Counted from the first letter of the stretch, positions 9,989 to 20,762 are shown. The stretch: DNA of 64,000 nucleotides from a virus (IMGVR_UViG_3300016476_000468:103913-167912), one strand, 5' to 3'. Program-made: numbers and translations. Notes: a model not told the origin generated them from the sequence alone.

Positions 9989-11005
9989 ATGTCTATCGAA
10001 CAAAAAATTGCACAGATTCTTGCTGAATCAAAGCAACAAAAACTAGATGAAGCTAAACTTGCTGGCGCAGAAACAGGTAGCAAAGATGTTGCTGCTGGCG
10101 CTTCTGGTGAGAAGGCTGTCATCCGTCAAGGCAATGCAGTACCTAATGGTGGTGAAACACCTAATCCAGATTCTGCACGCAATAATGTTGACGATGAAAA
10201 AGAAGCAGAGAAGGCACCACAAGGATCTCAGAATCCTAAGAATGGTGACCAGTCTCCAATTCGTCAAGGCGACGCTGTTAAGGGTATGAAAGAAGATATG
10301 GATGCCCTATTCAATGGCGAAGAGCTAACAGAAGATTTTAAAACTAAAGCTGCTACAATTTTTGAAGCAGCAGTTATGGCTCGTGTAAACGCTGAAGTTG
10401 CACGAATCGAAGAAGAATTCGAAGCTAAACTTGCTGAGCAAGTCGAGCAGAATACTCAGGGAATTGTTGAACAAGTTGATGGATATCTTGGCTATATTGC
10501 CGAGCAGTGGATTGCACAGAATGAATTAGCCCTTGAGCGTGGTATCAAGTCTGAAATCTTAGAAGGTTTCATTACTGGCTTGAAAGGTCTCTTTGAAGAG
10601 CACTATATTGATATTCCAGAAGAAAAGTACGACGTACTTGGCGAAATGGAAGAAACAATTTCTGCTTTGGAAGCTAAGCTAAACGAACAAGTTGAAGCCA
10701 ACGTTGAGTTGACTAAGACTTTGGCAGAAGCAAAGCGCCAAGAGATCGTTAAGTCTATCAGTGAAGGTTTGACTGACTCTGAGTCTGAAAAGTTCATGAG
10801 TCTAGTTGAAGAACTTTCTTATGAAGATGCAGAAACATATGAGACTAAAGTAAAAACTATCCGTGAGAATTATTTCTCTGGTAAGAAGACTGAAGTAGCA
10901 TCTGTTGTTACTGACGCTCCAGTAGAAGTGTTGACTGAGGAAAAGAAGGTAGCCCCTGTTGATCCAAAAATGTCTGCATATCTATCAGCACTCAACAAAA
11001 TCTAA
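9989..11005 (+). CDS. gp22: prohead scaffold protein gp22-like (acidic coiled coil)
   Basis: Position; E/K/A-rich coiled-coil composition; ATAAATA box upstream at ~9941. Confidence 0.7.
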   Translation: MSIEQKIAQILAESKQQKLDEAKLAGAETGSKDVAAGASGEKAVIRQGNAVPNGGETPNPDSARNNVDDEKEAEKAPQGSQNPKNGDQSPIRQGDAVKGMKEDMDALFNGEELTEDFKTKAATIFEAAVMARVNAEVARIEEEFEAKLAEQVEQNTQGIVEQVDGYLGYIAEQWIAQNELALERGIKSEILEGFITGLKGLFEEHYIDIPEEKYDVLGEMEETISALEAKLNEQVEANVELTKTLAEAKRQEIVKSISEGLTDSESEKFMSLVEELSYEDAETYETKVKTIRENYFSGKKTEVASVVTDAPVEVLTEEKKVAPVDPKMSAYLSALNKI

Positions 11006-11021
11006 TTAAAGGAAAATAAAA

Positions 11022-12329
11022 ATGACAACTCGTCAAGCTCTAATGGAAAAATGGGCACCAGTGTTGAATCACGAAGGTGCACCAGCTTTCAAAGATCAGT
11101 ACCGTAAAGAGGTTACTGCCGTTCTTTTGGAAAACCAAGAACGTGAAATGCAAAAGCAAGCTGAAGCACTTTTCGAAGCTGCTCCAACTAACAACGGTGG
11201 TACTGGCATCTCCATGGGTGGTGCAGGTACTAACGCTCAGATGGCTGGTTTCGACCCAGTTCTAATCTCTTTGGTTCGTCGTGCAATGCCACAATTGATC
11301 GCTTACGATATCGCTGGCGTTCAACCAATGACTCAACCAACTGGCTTGATCTTCGCAATGAAGTCTCGCTACGCTACTCAAAACGGTACTGAAGCGTTGT
11401 TCAACGAAGCAGATACTGACTTCTCTGGTACTGGCACTCACGCTGGTTCTTCTTGGGATCCAGCAAACAACACTACTGGTACTGGTATGGCTACAGCTGC
11501 TGCTGAACGCCTAGGTGCTGGCGGTCAAGGTGACGGTGCTTTCGGTGAGATGGCATTCTCTATCGAAAAGACTTCTGTAACTGCAAAGACTCGTGCTTTG
11601 AAGGCTGAATACTCTATCGAATTGGCACAAGACTTGAAATCTGTTCACGGTCTTGACGCTGAAGGCGAATTGAGCAACATCCTTTCTACAGAAATCCTTT
11701 CTGAAATCAACCGTGAAGTTGTTCGTACTGTTTACACTGCTGCTAAAGCAGGTGCACAAGTTGGTACTGCTACTGCTGGTACTTTTGACCTAGACGTTGA
11801 CTCTAACGGTCGTTGGTCTGTTGAAAAGTTCAAGGGTCTAATGTTCCAAATCGAACGTGAAGCCAATGCTATCGGTCAACAAACTCGTCGTGGTCGTGGT
11901 AACATCATCATCACTTCTGCAGACGTTGCTTCTGCATTGGCGATGGCTGGTGTCCTTGACTACTCTTCTGCCCTAAACGGCAAGAACAACCTGACTGTAG
12001 ATGATACTTCTACTACTTTCGCTGGTGTTCTAAACGGCAAGTACAAAGTGTATGTTGACCCATATACTGCTAACGTATCTGCTAACCAATTCTTCGTTGT
12101 TGGTTACAAGGGTACTTCTGCTTTCGACGCTGGTCTGTTCTACTGCCCATACGTTCCTCTACAAATGGTTCGTGCAGTTGATCCAAACAGCTTCCAACCA
12201 AAGATTGGTTTCAAGACTCGTTACGGTCTAGTTGCTAACCCATTCACTACACTAGATGCTGGTGCTGATGGTCTTGCTTCTGGCAATAACTACTACTACC
12301 GTAAGGTTCGTGTTACTAACCTAATGTAA
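11022..12329 (+). CDS. gp23: major capsid protein gp23-like
   Basis: Position after scaffold; NIIITSADVASALAMAG motif; size 435 aa. Confidence 0.85.
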   Translation: MTTRQALMEKWAPVLNHEGAPAFKDQYRKEVTAVLLENQEREMQKQAEALFEAAPTNNGGTGISMGGAGTNAQMAGFDPVLISLVRRAMPQLIAYDIAGVQPMTQPTGLIFAMKSRYATQNGTEALFNEADTDFSGTGTHAGSSWDPANNTTGTGMATAAAERLGAGGQGDGAFGEMAFSIEKTSVTAKTRALKAEYSIELAQDLKSVHGLDAEGELSNILSTEILSEINREVVRTVYTAAKAGAQVGTATAGTFDLDVDSNGRWSVEKFKGLMFQIEREANAIGQQTRRGRGNIIITSADVASALAMAGVLDYSSALNGKNNLTVDDTSTTFAGVLNGKYKVYVDPYTANVSANQFFVVGYKGTSAFDAGLFYCPYVPLQMVRAVDPNSFQPKIGFKTRYGLVANPFTTLDAGADGLASGNNYYYRKVRVTNLM

Positions 12330-12348
12330 TTAGTAACCTCGGTACTAA

Positions 12349-12374
12349 AAGGGATCTTCGGATCCCTTTTTTAT
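12349..12374 (+). terminator. rho-independent terminator after gp23 (GGGATC-TTCG-GATCCC + T6)
   Basis: Perfect 6-bp GC stem, tetraloop, U-run. Confidence 0.75.
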
Positions 12375-12390
12375 TTCCTAAATAATCTTT

Positions 12391-12909
12391 ATGGCTACAT
12401 CACTACCCTCTCAGTTAAACCCGTTATCACCAAACGGCTTCCAGTTCTCTGTGCAGAAACTGCCTGACATCACATTCTTTTGTCAGTCTGCTAACTTGCC
12501 AGGAATTATGCTAGGTGAACCAGAGTTTTACACACCATTCTCAAGACAACCAATTCCAGGTGATACTCTATCATATCAACCTTTAGAGTTGCAGTTTTTG
12601 GTAGATGAGAATATGCAAAACTATCGAACAATCTATAACTGGATAGTTGCACTAGGTTTCCCAGAAAGTTACGACCAATACATCACTCACAATAATAATG
12701 ACACTACTGCATACGGTGAGTTGGCTAAAAATTATTCTGACGCCACACTGCAAATCTTAGATAGCAACAACCTAGCAGTTCAGACTGTTCAATTTTACGA
12801 TGTTTTCCCAACAAACATTAGCTCTTTGCAATTTGCATCTACCAACGAAGACGTTCAATACCTTGTCGGTAATGTAACGTTCAGATTCGGATGGTATAAA
12901 CTGTTATAA
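12391..12909 (+). CDS. gp3: tail completion / sheath stabilizer gp3-like
   Basis: Position after gp23 as in cyanomyovirus order; CTAAATAAT motif 12378-12386 upstream. Confidence 0.5.
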   Translation: MATSLPSQLNPLSPNGFQFSVQKLPDITFFCQSANLPGIMLGEPEFYTPFSRQPIPGDTLSYQPLELQFLVDENMQNYRTIYNWIVALGFPESYDQYITHNNNDTTAYGELAKNYSDATLQILDSNNLAVQTVQFYDVFPTNISSLQFASTNEDVQYLVGNVTFRFGWYKLL

Positions 12910-12916
12910 ATCAAAT

Positions 12917-12945
12917 TTGATTTTTTTGCAACTCTACTGTATAAT
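12917..12945 (+). promoter_or_regulatory. sigma70-type promoter TTGATT-N17-TGTATAAT upstream of uvsY
   Basis: Spacing 17, extended -10 TG. Confidence 0.5.
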
Positions 12946-12969
12946 GGTAGAGTCAAATTGAGGTATATT

Positions 12970-13407
12970 ATGAACATTGAACAACTGCAAGAAATGTGGG
13001 ACGCCGATTGTCAGATCGATGACAACTTCCTTGGTGAAAACTCCACAGCAACCCCCAAACTCCACGCTAAGTACGTTAAGCTACTTGTAAATGTCAAACT
13101 CAAACACACCAAGTTGAGTTCGGACTACAACATTCTGCGTAAGAATAAATTTCGTTACTATCGTGGCGAATTGTCACGTGATGAACTAACGGAACTTGGT
13201 TGGCCACAGTGGCAAGGCGTCAAGCCGCTTAAGAATGAGATGGATGAATTTCTCACGGGCGATAGCGAACTAAATACAATGAAGGTCAAGATTGAGTATC
13301 TTGAAACTATGATTTATTATCTTGAATCCGTTCTTGGACAGATCAAAGCCAGAGACTGGCAAATCAAATCTGCTATTGAATGGAAGAAATTTTTAGCAGG
13401 TATGTAA
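12970..13407 (+). CDS. uvsY: recombination mediator UvsY
   Basis: MNIEQLQEMWDADCQIDDNFL resembles T4 UvsY N-terminus; size; followed by uvsW. Confidence 0.75.
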   Translation: MNIEQLQEMWDADCQIDDNFLGENSTATPKLHAKYVKLLVNVKLKHTKLSSDYNILRKNKFRYYRGELSRDELTELGWPQWQGVKPLKNEMDEFLTGDSELNTMKVKIEYLETMIYYLESVLGQIKARDWQIKSAIEWKKFLAGM

Positions 13408-14886
13408 GTGAGTATAGTAACAGTAGAGAAGTTAGATGAAGTTTATGTGCGTGTCTTTTCAGACCCAAGTATCGAGCAAGAACTTTGCGACTTCTTTACG
13501 TATGAATATCCAGGCGCAAGATTTACACCACAATATAGAGCGAGATTGTGGGACGGTAAGGTTCGCCTGTACGATCAACTAAGAAAAACTCTTTACGTTG
13601 GTCTTTACGATTATGTGAAACATTTCTGCGAACGAAATGAATATCAGCTAGTGCTGAAAGGTGACAGTATATTTCCCGAACCAAAATATACAACCGAAAC
13701 TATCGAAGGTTTCGTCAAGACTCTAAAGCTACCAGACAAGATCGAGATTCGTGACTATCAGATTGATGCTATTACAAAGGGCATCAATGATGAACGAGTT
13801 GTGCTGCTATCTCCAACTGGCTCTGGTAAGTCATTCATCATTTATTCCCTAATGCGTTATCACATCAGCAGAGGCAATAAATGCATTCTAATAGTTCCAA
13901 CAACTTCCCTTGTTGAGCAGATGTACTCTGACTTCGAGGACTACTCCAGCGTAAATGGATGGTCAGTTGGCGCACACTGTCAAAAGTTGTACAGTGGATT
14001 CTCTAAAGAGTTTACTAAAGACGTATTGATCACAACTTGGCAGTCTATTTACTTACAACCAAAATCTTGGTTCAGGCAGTTCAATGTTATTTTTGGTGAT
14101 GAGGCACACAGCTTTAAAGCCAAGTCTTTGACCACTGTTATGGAAAAGATGGATACGATTCGTTATCGTATCGGTACAACTGGCACACTAGACAACAAAA
14201 AGGTGCACAAGCTAGTTCTTGAAGGTATCTTTGGTCCAGTTCATAAAGTTATCACGACAAAGAAACTTATGGATTCTGGAAGATTGTCTAGCCTAAATAT
14301 AACTTGTATAGTGCTTAAATACTCTGAGTCGATTCGTAAAGAACGGAATAAAAACACGTACCAAGATGAGATGGACTTTCTTGTTGGGAACGAATCCCGC
14401 AATAAGTTTATTCGGAATCTGGCAGTAAATTCTAAAGGTAACACGCTGGTTCTTTTTCAATACGTTGAAAAGCACGGCAAAGTTCTCTACGATCTTATCA
14501 AGGATAAAGTACACGATAAGCGAAAAGTGTTTTTCGTTTACGGCGGTACTGACACTTCAGATAGAGAAGCCATAAGACATATTACAGAAGATGAAGATGA
14601 TGCAATCATCATCGCATCTTACGGTACATTTTCAACAGGTATTAACATCCCTTCTATTGAGAACGTAATCTTTGCATCGCCAACAAAGTCAAAAATTCGT
14701 AACCTACAATCTATTGGTAGAGGATTGCGAAAAAAAGACGGAAAGGAAGCGTGCAACTTGTATGACATCGCTGACGACTTGCACTGGAAGTCTTGGAAGA
14801 ATCATACGCTGAATCATGCGGCAGAACGTTACAAAACGTATGCCGAAGAAGAATTTGATATTAAAATTATTGAGGTAGATCTTTGA
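13408..14886 (+). CDS. uvsW: UvsW-like SF2 DNA/RNA helicase
   Basis: Walker A SPTGSGKS, DEAH box FGDEAHS, helicase C motifs. Confidence 0.8.
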   Translation: MSIVTVEKLDEVYVRVFSDPSIEQELCDFFTYEYPGARFTPQYRARLWDGKVRLYDQLRKTLYVGLYDYVKHFCERNEYQLVLKGDSIFPEPKYTTETIEGFVKTLKLPDKIEIRDYQIDAITKGINDERVVLLSPTGSGKSFIIYSLMRYHISRGNKCILIVPTTSLVEQMYSDFEDYSSVNGWSVGAHCQKLYSGFSKEFTKDVLITTWQSIYLQPKSWFRQFNVIFGDEAHSFKAKSLTTVMEKMDTIRYRIGTTGTLDNKKVHKLVLEGIFGPVHKVITTKKLMDSGRLSSLNITCIVLKYSESIRKERNKNTYQDEMDFLVGNESRNKFIRNLAVNSKGNTLVLFQYVEKHGKVLYDLIKDKVHDKRKVFFVYGGTDTSDREAIRHITEDEDDAIIIASYGTFSTGINIPSIENVIFASPTKSKIRNLQSIGRGLRKKDGKEACNLYDIADDLHWKSWKNHTLNHAAERYKTYAEEEFDIKIIEVDL

Positions 14887-15350
14887 TGCTAACAGGTAAC
14901 GAATTTTACGTTGTAGTTAGACTTACCACTGGTGAACAGATTATGAGCGCACTCCAACAAGAGGATGACAACTATATTCAGTTGCTACATCCAATGCTTG
15001 TAAGAACAATCCCCAATTTCGAAACTGGTAAAGAGCACGTTACTGCTGCTCCATTATGCGCATTCACAGACGAAGAATCGTTCGTGCTAGATAAAAAGAA
15101 CGTCCTGTTTATCAAACCTCTAAAGGAAGCGTTCGTTCCTCACTATTTAAATATTGTTCGTGAAAGCGAAGGAATAAGATTCACTCCTCGTGGTCGAGAT
15201 CCTAAAGATATCTTGGGACAAGATGAACTCGACTATCTAAAACAGATTGCTGACGCAAAGTCAGCTATCGATCAACTACGTTCTGTTGTAGAAGAAACAG
15301 AAGAAGAGAGACAGAGAGTATTCGTTGAAGGTAACGATACTAAACACTAA
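14883..15350 (+). CDS. hypothetical protein
   Basis: ORF overlapping uvsW stop (ATGA). Confidence 0.4.
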   Translation: MMLTGNEFYVVVRLTTGEQIMSALQQEDDNYIQLLHPMLVRTIPNFETGKEHVTAAPLCAFTDEESFVLDKKNVLFIKPLKEAFVPHYLNIVRESEGIRFTPRGRDPKDILGQDELDYLKQIADAKSAIDQLRSVVEETEEERQRVFVEGNDTKH

Positions 15351-15496
15351 AGAGTTAACGATCATCCCTAACTCCGTTAGTTTACCGCTAAGTCAACGAA
15401 AAAGCAAATTTATTTTGTAATAGAAATAAAACTTGTCTTTTATTGTTAGTTGTTGTATACTTCTCTCTAGCTTTGTGGAAACAAAGGAAAATATAT

Positions 15497-16090
15497 GCTA
15501 TGGCACACTATGTAAATAACGCTGACTTTTTAAAAGCAATTTCAGAGTACAAACAAAAAGTAAAAGAAGCTGAGGAACAAGGTCTTGAAAAGCCCATCGT
15601 TAGCAACTATATCGGGGAATGTATCCTAAAGATCGCTAACCATCTGTCTTACAAACCCAACTTCATTAACTATTCTTATCGTGATGATATGATTCTCGAT
15701 GGTATCGAGAACTGTATTCAGTACATTGATAACTTTGATCCTTCTAAGTCGAACAATCCCTTTGCATACTTTACTCAGATTATCTACTACGCATTCCTTC
15801 GCAGGATCGCCAAGGAAAAGAAACAATCTTATATTAAAGGTAAGCTGATTCAAGATATGCCATTCGAGGCGTTTGAGTTACAAGAGCAAGATGAGAGTGG
15901 TGAGTTTCACAATGCATATCTTGAGTTTATGCAGAACAATCATACTTTCGATGATTCATTCATTGAACGTAAAAAAGAAAAGAAGAAAAAGAAACAAGCA
16001 AGTCTAGATAATTTCATAGGTGAAGAAAATGGCGAACCCGATCCAACAATTGATCAAGGATTTATCAGTAGGGAAACCGACGCTAGCTAA
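15497..16090 (+). CDS. gp55: late-transcription sigma factor gp55
   Basis: MAHYVNNADFLKAI and PFAYFTQIIYYAFLRRI resemble T4 gp55 (YVNNKELLQAI, PHAYITQACFNAFVQRI). Confidence 0.8.
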   Translation, partial: AMAHYVNNADFLKAISEYKQKVKEAEEQGLEKPIVSNYIGECILKIANHLSYKPNFINYSYRDDMILDGIENCIQYIDNFDPSKSNNPFAYFTQIIYYAFLRRIAKEKKQSYIKGKLIQDMPFEAFELQEQDESGEFHNAYLEFMQNNHTFDDSFIERKKEKKKKKQASLDNFIGEENGEPDPTIDQGFISRETDAS

Positions 16091-16198
16091 GTACCCGCCG
16101 ATTCGTCGGCGTAGATCAAAACGACTCAGTCGCAACAGAAGAATCTTGAGACGTTATGCATGGGATGCAACTGATAACATTTTAAATTTGAATAAAAT

Positions 16199-17225
16199 TA
16201 TGAACCAAAGCGAAACTGAAAATAAAATCTTCTTGGGCACATCTGATTTCGATGACCTGATTAAATCCCAAATCTTGGAGCGTCGTGTCTCCGCAGGTAA
16301 AAACACCCTACACCGCCACACAACTGTTCTATGCAACCGTGGAACATGGGCTGAGTGGATGGAAGAACAATTCAAAAACGATCTTATCGTTCAAGGAAAC
16401 CAATCCAATGGTTTTGTTATCGAACGTGAGACTGACAACTATATCTCTTACAACGTTAATAGCAACACGACAGACGTTAGTGTATCTGGTGATGAGGCGT
16501 TCGTTGATTCTATCGTAGCGTTGGTAGAGACTAAGTTCTCTGTTGTGACATCTTACATCGAATGGATCTACTCCAGCGATGGTAACTCTGTCAACGTACC
16601 ACTCAATCGTGAGCGTCTGCCAGTTGATGAGATGTACCCATTCTTGAATGGTGAATCTCTTGAATCTTACTACCAACGCTATATGGATTCCAACGCAAAC
16701 ATCCTGTTGCTGATTGGACCTCCAGGAACTGGTAAGACTACATTCATCCGTGGTCTGCTTGCGCACACAGACTCTTCTGCTATCGTTTCTTACGATGCCA
16801 ACATTCTTGACAAGGATGGTTTCTTTGCTCGCTTCATTGAAGACGATGCCAGCATTATGGTATTGGAAGACAGCGACGCATTCTTGAAGTCTCGTAGCGA
16901 TGGTAACACAATGATGCACCGATTCCTGAACGTTGGTGATGGTCTTGTTACGACCAAAGGTAAGAAGATGGTGTTCTCTACTAACCTGCCGAGTATTCGT
17001 GACATTGATAGCGCACTGGTTCGTCCAGGGCGTTGTTTCGACATCTTGACTTTTGATCTGCTTTCTGTTGCAGAAGCGCAAGCACTTGCTGACAAACTAG
17101 GAGTTAAGTTACCCGTGCGCCCACGTGGTAAAGAAACACAAAAGTATTCTATTGCAGAAGTATTTAATGAGCAGACTCATTCTGAAAAGTCTGTAAACAC
17201 TAACCGAAAGGTAGGTTTCATTTAA
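16199..17225 (+). CDS. P-loop ATPase (AAA-like) of unknown role
   Basis: Walker A GPPGTGKTT, Walker B IMVLEDSD; start set at MNQSETEN because upstream in-frame Arg-rich stretch uses atypical Arg codons. Confidence 0.5.
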
Positions 17226-17386
17226 TGTATAAAGTTAGTTACTACTACACTGGTTCCAATGTCGCATTCAAGTGGTTTGATACGTTTAGCGAAGCTATGG
17301 ATTTCAGTCTAACTATCAAGACTGGAGATGTCATAGAAATTAAACTTTATCCTAAAGAACAAACCAAGAAAGAGGATAGAACATGA
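17225..17386 (+). CDS. small hypothetical protein (53 aa)
   Basis: ORF with TAATG start overlap and ATGA overlap into gp47. Confidence 0.3.
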   Translation: MYKVSYYYTGSNVAFKWFDTFSEAMDFSLTIKTGDVIEIKLYPKEQTKKEDRT

Positions 17387-18435
17387 AGGTAGCCATTATT
17401 ACTGACCAACACTTTGGTGCTCGTAATGACAGCGTAGCCTTTTTGGATTTTTTCGAGAAGTTTTATGAAAACGTATTTTTTCCTACGCTGGATGAAAACA
17501 ATATCGATACTGTTCTTATTCTTGGCGATACTTTTGATCGCCGTAAGTATGTAAACTTCTATGCTCTTGATAGAGCGAAGAAGATGTTCTTTGATAAACT
17601 AGCTAATAGAAATATCAAAGTTCACATGCTTGCTGGCAATCACGACACATACTACAAAAACACAAACGATATTAACTCCCCAGATTTACTTCTGAGGGAG
17701 TATAACAACATCAATGTTATTGATCACCCAGCTACAATCTACATTGATGACACCCCTATCTGTATGATGCCTTGGATCTGCCCAGAGAACTATCAAGACT
17801 CTATTGACACGATCAAAGATACAAAAGCAGAGATCTGTATGGGTCATTTTGAAATTGCTGGCTTCTCGATGTATAAAGGAATGGAAAGCCATGAAGGAAT
17901 GGGTAAAGAAACATTCGACAAATTTGATCTGGTTTTTAGCGGGCATTACCATCACCGTAGTGATGACGGTCACATTTATTACCTCGGTAATCCCTATGAA
18001 CTCACATGGCAAGATTATAATGACCCCAGAGGATTTCACTTGTTCGATCTTAGTACAAGAGGACTCCAGTTTATCCAAAATCCTTATCGTATGTTTGAGC
18101 GAATTGAGTATAACGACAAGGAACGAGAGACCATTGACCTCGATCAACTCGATCTAAAGGGGTTGTGTGTAAAACTTGTTGTTGTCAATAAAACTGACTA
18201 CTATAAATTTGACAAGTTCGTGCAGAAGCTGTATAATAAAGGTTGCGCTGACATTAAGATTATCGAAGATCTTTCTGAATTCAGCGAAGGTGAGATTAAT
18301 GAAGAAATCAGCTTGGAAGATACACTGTCTGTGCTGACACACTACGTTGAGAGTATTGAAACTGATGTCAACAAAGATCAGATCAAAAATTTTATGCGTA
18401 GCCTTTATACCGAAGCAGTGAACATTGAAGTATGA
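17383..18435 (+). CDS. gp47: recombination nuclease subunit gp47 (Mre11/SbcD-like)
   Basis: Calcineurin-like phosphoesterase motifs DQHFG, GDTFD, GNHD, GHFE, GHYH. Confidence 0.85.
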   Translation: MKVAIITDQHFGARNDSVAFLDFFEKFYENVFFPTLDENNIDTVLILGDTFDRRKYVNFYALDRAKKMFFDKLANRNIKVHMLAGNHDTYYKNTNDINSPDLLLREYNNINVIDHPATIYIDDTPICMMPWICPENYQDSIDTIKDTKAEICMGHFEIAGFSMYKGMESHEGMGKETFDKFDLVFSGHYHHRSDDGHIYYLGNPYELTWQDYNDPRGFHLFDLSTRGLQFIQNPYRMFERIEYNDKERETIDLDQLDLKGLCVKLVVVNKTDYYKFDKFVQKLYNKGCADIKIIEDLSEFSEGEINEEISLEDTLSVLTHYVESIETDVNKDQIKNFMRSLYTEAVNIEV

Positions 18436-18755
18436 AACAATTAGAAATTGAATTCTTTTGGCCACTGACCGAACAAACTGAACTCGATTTAGACTTTACG
18501 CCTAGCGTGATGTATGACGAGCAGAAGCGCAGGGAAAAGTGGAACTACAACACCCTGACTATTAATCCCAATGGAACTTACTTGGGTGTTACTAGTGCTA
18601 CTATAGCTCCCAATTTCGAGTTTAGACCGAATCCTAACTCTGTTGGATATTGGCAGGTCTCTCCAGAAGTCAAATACTATGTAACTGCTGAGCCTAACTG
18701 GCTTGTTAAGAAAATGACCAAGCTGTTGCTTGGTTGGAAATGGGGTAAGAATTGA
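18432..18755 (+). CDS. hypothetical protein
   Basis: ORF between gp47 and gp46. Confidence 0.4.
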   Translation: MKQLEIEFFWPLTEQTELDLDFTPSVMYDEQKRREKWNYNTLTINPNGTYLGVTSATIAPNFEFRPNPNSVGYWQVSPEVKYYVTAEPNWLVKKMTKLLLGWKWGKN

Positions 18756-20470
18756 TTATCTTTAAGAGCGTTGAATGGAAGAACTTTCTATCTACAGGAA
18801 ACTCTCCAAACAAAGTCCTATTGAATAAGTCCACCACTACACTGATCATCGGTAAGAACGGTGAAGGAAAGAGCACAATCTTAGATGCATTGTGCTTTTC
18901 ATTGTTTGGTAAACCCTTCCGTAACATCAACAAGGGTCAGTTGGTAAATTCTATCAATGGTAAGGGTTGTCTTGTTACCATTGAGTTCTCTATCGGTTCA
19001 CGTAACTACCGAGTAGTCCGTGGCATAAAACCAAACATTTTTGAGATCTATGTTAATGACGAACTGATGAACCAAGATGCAGCTAGTCGTGACTATCAGA
19101 AGGTTCTTGAGCAGCAGATTCTAAAGTTGAACTACAAGACTTTCACGCAGGTTGTTATTCTAGGTTCTGCTTCTTTTGTTCCATTTATGCAGTTACCTTC
19201 TGGTCAACGCAGAGATGTTATCGAAGATATCCTCGATATTCGCATTTTCTCTACGATGAATCAGTTGTTGAAGGAAAAGATCAATGATACCAAAACAGAA
19301 ATTTCACGGATTGAAAATGAGATTGCTACTGCAAAGACTAAAGTCGAAGCACAAACTGCAATTATTAAAACTATCTCGGAAGCAAAGGCAGATAGTGTTA
19401 GATCCATCCAAGCGAAAATCATTAGCAGCACTGAAGAAATTAGCCGAACTCAACAGGAAATTGATGTCCTCGTCGGAGAAATCACAACTCTTAAAAATCA
19501 GACTACAGACAAAGACAAGATCAAAGAAGATCTATCTAAAGCAAACCAACTGCAGCAACGACTCCTACAAAGGGTCGAAACCTGCGAAAGCCATGTCGAA
19601 TTTTTTGGCGAACATGATATCTGCCCAAGCTGCAGTCAAGATATCTCTGAAGAATACAAGGAAAGTATCCTTAAGGATCTTAATCAAAAACTACAAGAAC
19701 AAAACAGCAAGGTTGAAGAACTCAATGTTGTTCATACCAAACTACAAGAGAGACTTAGTTCTATTAACGAAGTTCTTCAAAAGATCTCAGACAAGAACAT
19801 TGAACTCTCTACTAAAAACTCGTCTATCACGTTACTCAATAGACAAATTAAAGAGGCTGAAGTTGAAATCGCCAACATCCAAGCAGACACGACTAATATC
19901 GATGAGGAAAAGAGTAAGCTGAAGCAATTGGCACAAGATGCTGTTGCCAAGATCAATCAGAAGACTGCTCTTCAAGAGCAACGTAACTTAGAAGAAGTCG
20001 CTAACATTCTGCTGAAGGATACTGGTATCAAGACTGCGATCATCCGTGAATACCTGCCGATTATGAACAAACTGATCAACAAGTATCTGAATGCGATGGA
20101 CGCCTACATCCACTTCGAGTTGGATGAGTCTTTCAACGAGATCGTTAAGTCTCGTCATCGTGATGAGTTTACTTACGCCAGTTTCTCTGAAGGTGAGAAG
20201 ATGCGTATTGACTTGGCTATTCTTTTCACTTGGCGTCAGATCGCTAAGATGAAGAACTCTGTCAATACCAACCTGTTGATTCTTGACGAGATCTTTGACT
20301 CAAGTCTTGATACGGCTGGAACAGATTACTTCTTGAATCTGATGAACCAGTTTGGCGAAAACTCAAACATCTTCGTTATCAGTCACAAGGGTGACCAGCT
20401 GTTCGATAAGTTCCGTTCAGTTATTAAGTTTGAAAAACGTAACGACTTCTCGGTTATTGCAGGAAACTAA
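18752..20470 (+). CDS. gp46: recombination ATPase gp46 (Rad50/SbcC-like)
   Basis: Walker A GKNGEGKST, long coiled coil, CPSC zinc hook, signature SEGE, Walker B LLILDE. Confidence 0.85.
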   Translation: MIIFKSVEWKNFLSTGNSPNKVLLNKSTTTLIIGKNGEGKSTILDALCFSLFGKPFRNINKGQLVNSINGKGCLVTIEFSIGSRNYRVVRGIKPNIFEIYVNDELMNQDAASRDYQKVLEQQILKLNYKTFTQVVILGSASFVPFMQLPSGQRRDVIEDILDIRIFSTMNQLLKEKINDTKTEISRIENEIATAKTKVEAQTAIIKTISEAKADSVRSIQAKIISSTEEISRTQQEIDVLVGEITTLKNQTTDKDKIKEDLSKANQLQQRLLQRVETCESHVEFFGEHDICPSCSQDISEEYKESILKDLNQKLQEQNSKVEELNVVHTKLQERLSSINEVLQKISDKNIELSTKNSSITLLNRQIKEAEVEIANIQADTTNIDEEKSKLKQLAQDAVAKINQKTALQEQRNLEEVANILLKDTGIKTAIIREYLPIMNKLINKYLNAMDAYIHFELDESFNEIVKSRHRDEFTYASFSEGEKMRIDLAILFTWRQIAKMKNSVNTNLLILDEIFDSSLDTAGTDYFLNLMNQFGENSNIFVISHKGDQLFDKFRSVIKFEKRNDFSVIAGN

Positions 20471-20530
20471 AGTATTACTTTTACCCTACTGCAAGTAGGG
20501 TATTGACTTTTCGATAGGTTGATGTATAAT
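20470..20530 (+). promoter_or_regulatory. PeSL-like cassette copy 1: GTATTACTTT box, hairpin CCCTACT-GCAA-GTAGGG, promoter TTGACT-N16-TGTATAAT
   Basis: Shared architecture with copies at 25686, 28135, 29436, 38405. Confidence 0.65.
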
Positions 20531-20556
20531 AAAGTCCTGTCGGAAAGGAGTTTGAA

Positions 20557-20760
20557 ATGGCTGAGATCAAAATGGGTACGGTCTACCGAGTAGACATTAT
20601 CGAATCTGAGCGTGGTTGGGGACAGAAGATCGATGAACAAAAGTTCTTCGACAACTTCGAAGAGGCTGCTGCATATATCGAACGATACAATGCGAGTCTC
20701 CCCGCTGGTCCTGCTCCCGACTGGTATATGATGGCTCGTGGTCCTTACAAGGTGAATTGA
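20557..20760 (+). CDS. hypothetical protein (67 aa)
   Basis: ORF with GGAG RBS downstream of early promoter. Confidence 0.45.
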   Translation: MAEIKMGTVYRVDIIESERGWGQKIDEQKFFDNFEEAAAYIERYNASLPAGPAPDWYMMARGPYKVN

Positions 20761-20762
20761 TT

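Noticed and set aside
12391-12909. Assignment of this ORF as baseplate gp25
   Set aside because: The sequence does not resemble recalled T4 gp25. Its position after g23 matches gp3 in cyanomyovirus-like gene order. Called gp3 with moderate confidence.
16029-16198. N-terminal extension of the P-loop ATPase giving an Arg-rich leader (RRRRSKRLSRNRRILRR) that overlaps gp55
   Set aside because: It uses rare Arg codons (cgg/cga/aga) unlike the rest of the genome and overlaps gp55 by 62 nt. A downstream ATG at 16199 gives a conventional ATPase N-terminus. The extension is kept only as an alternative.
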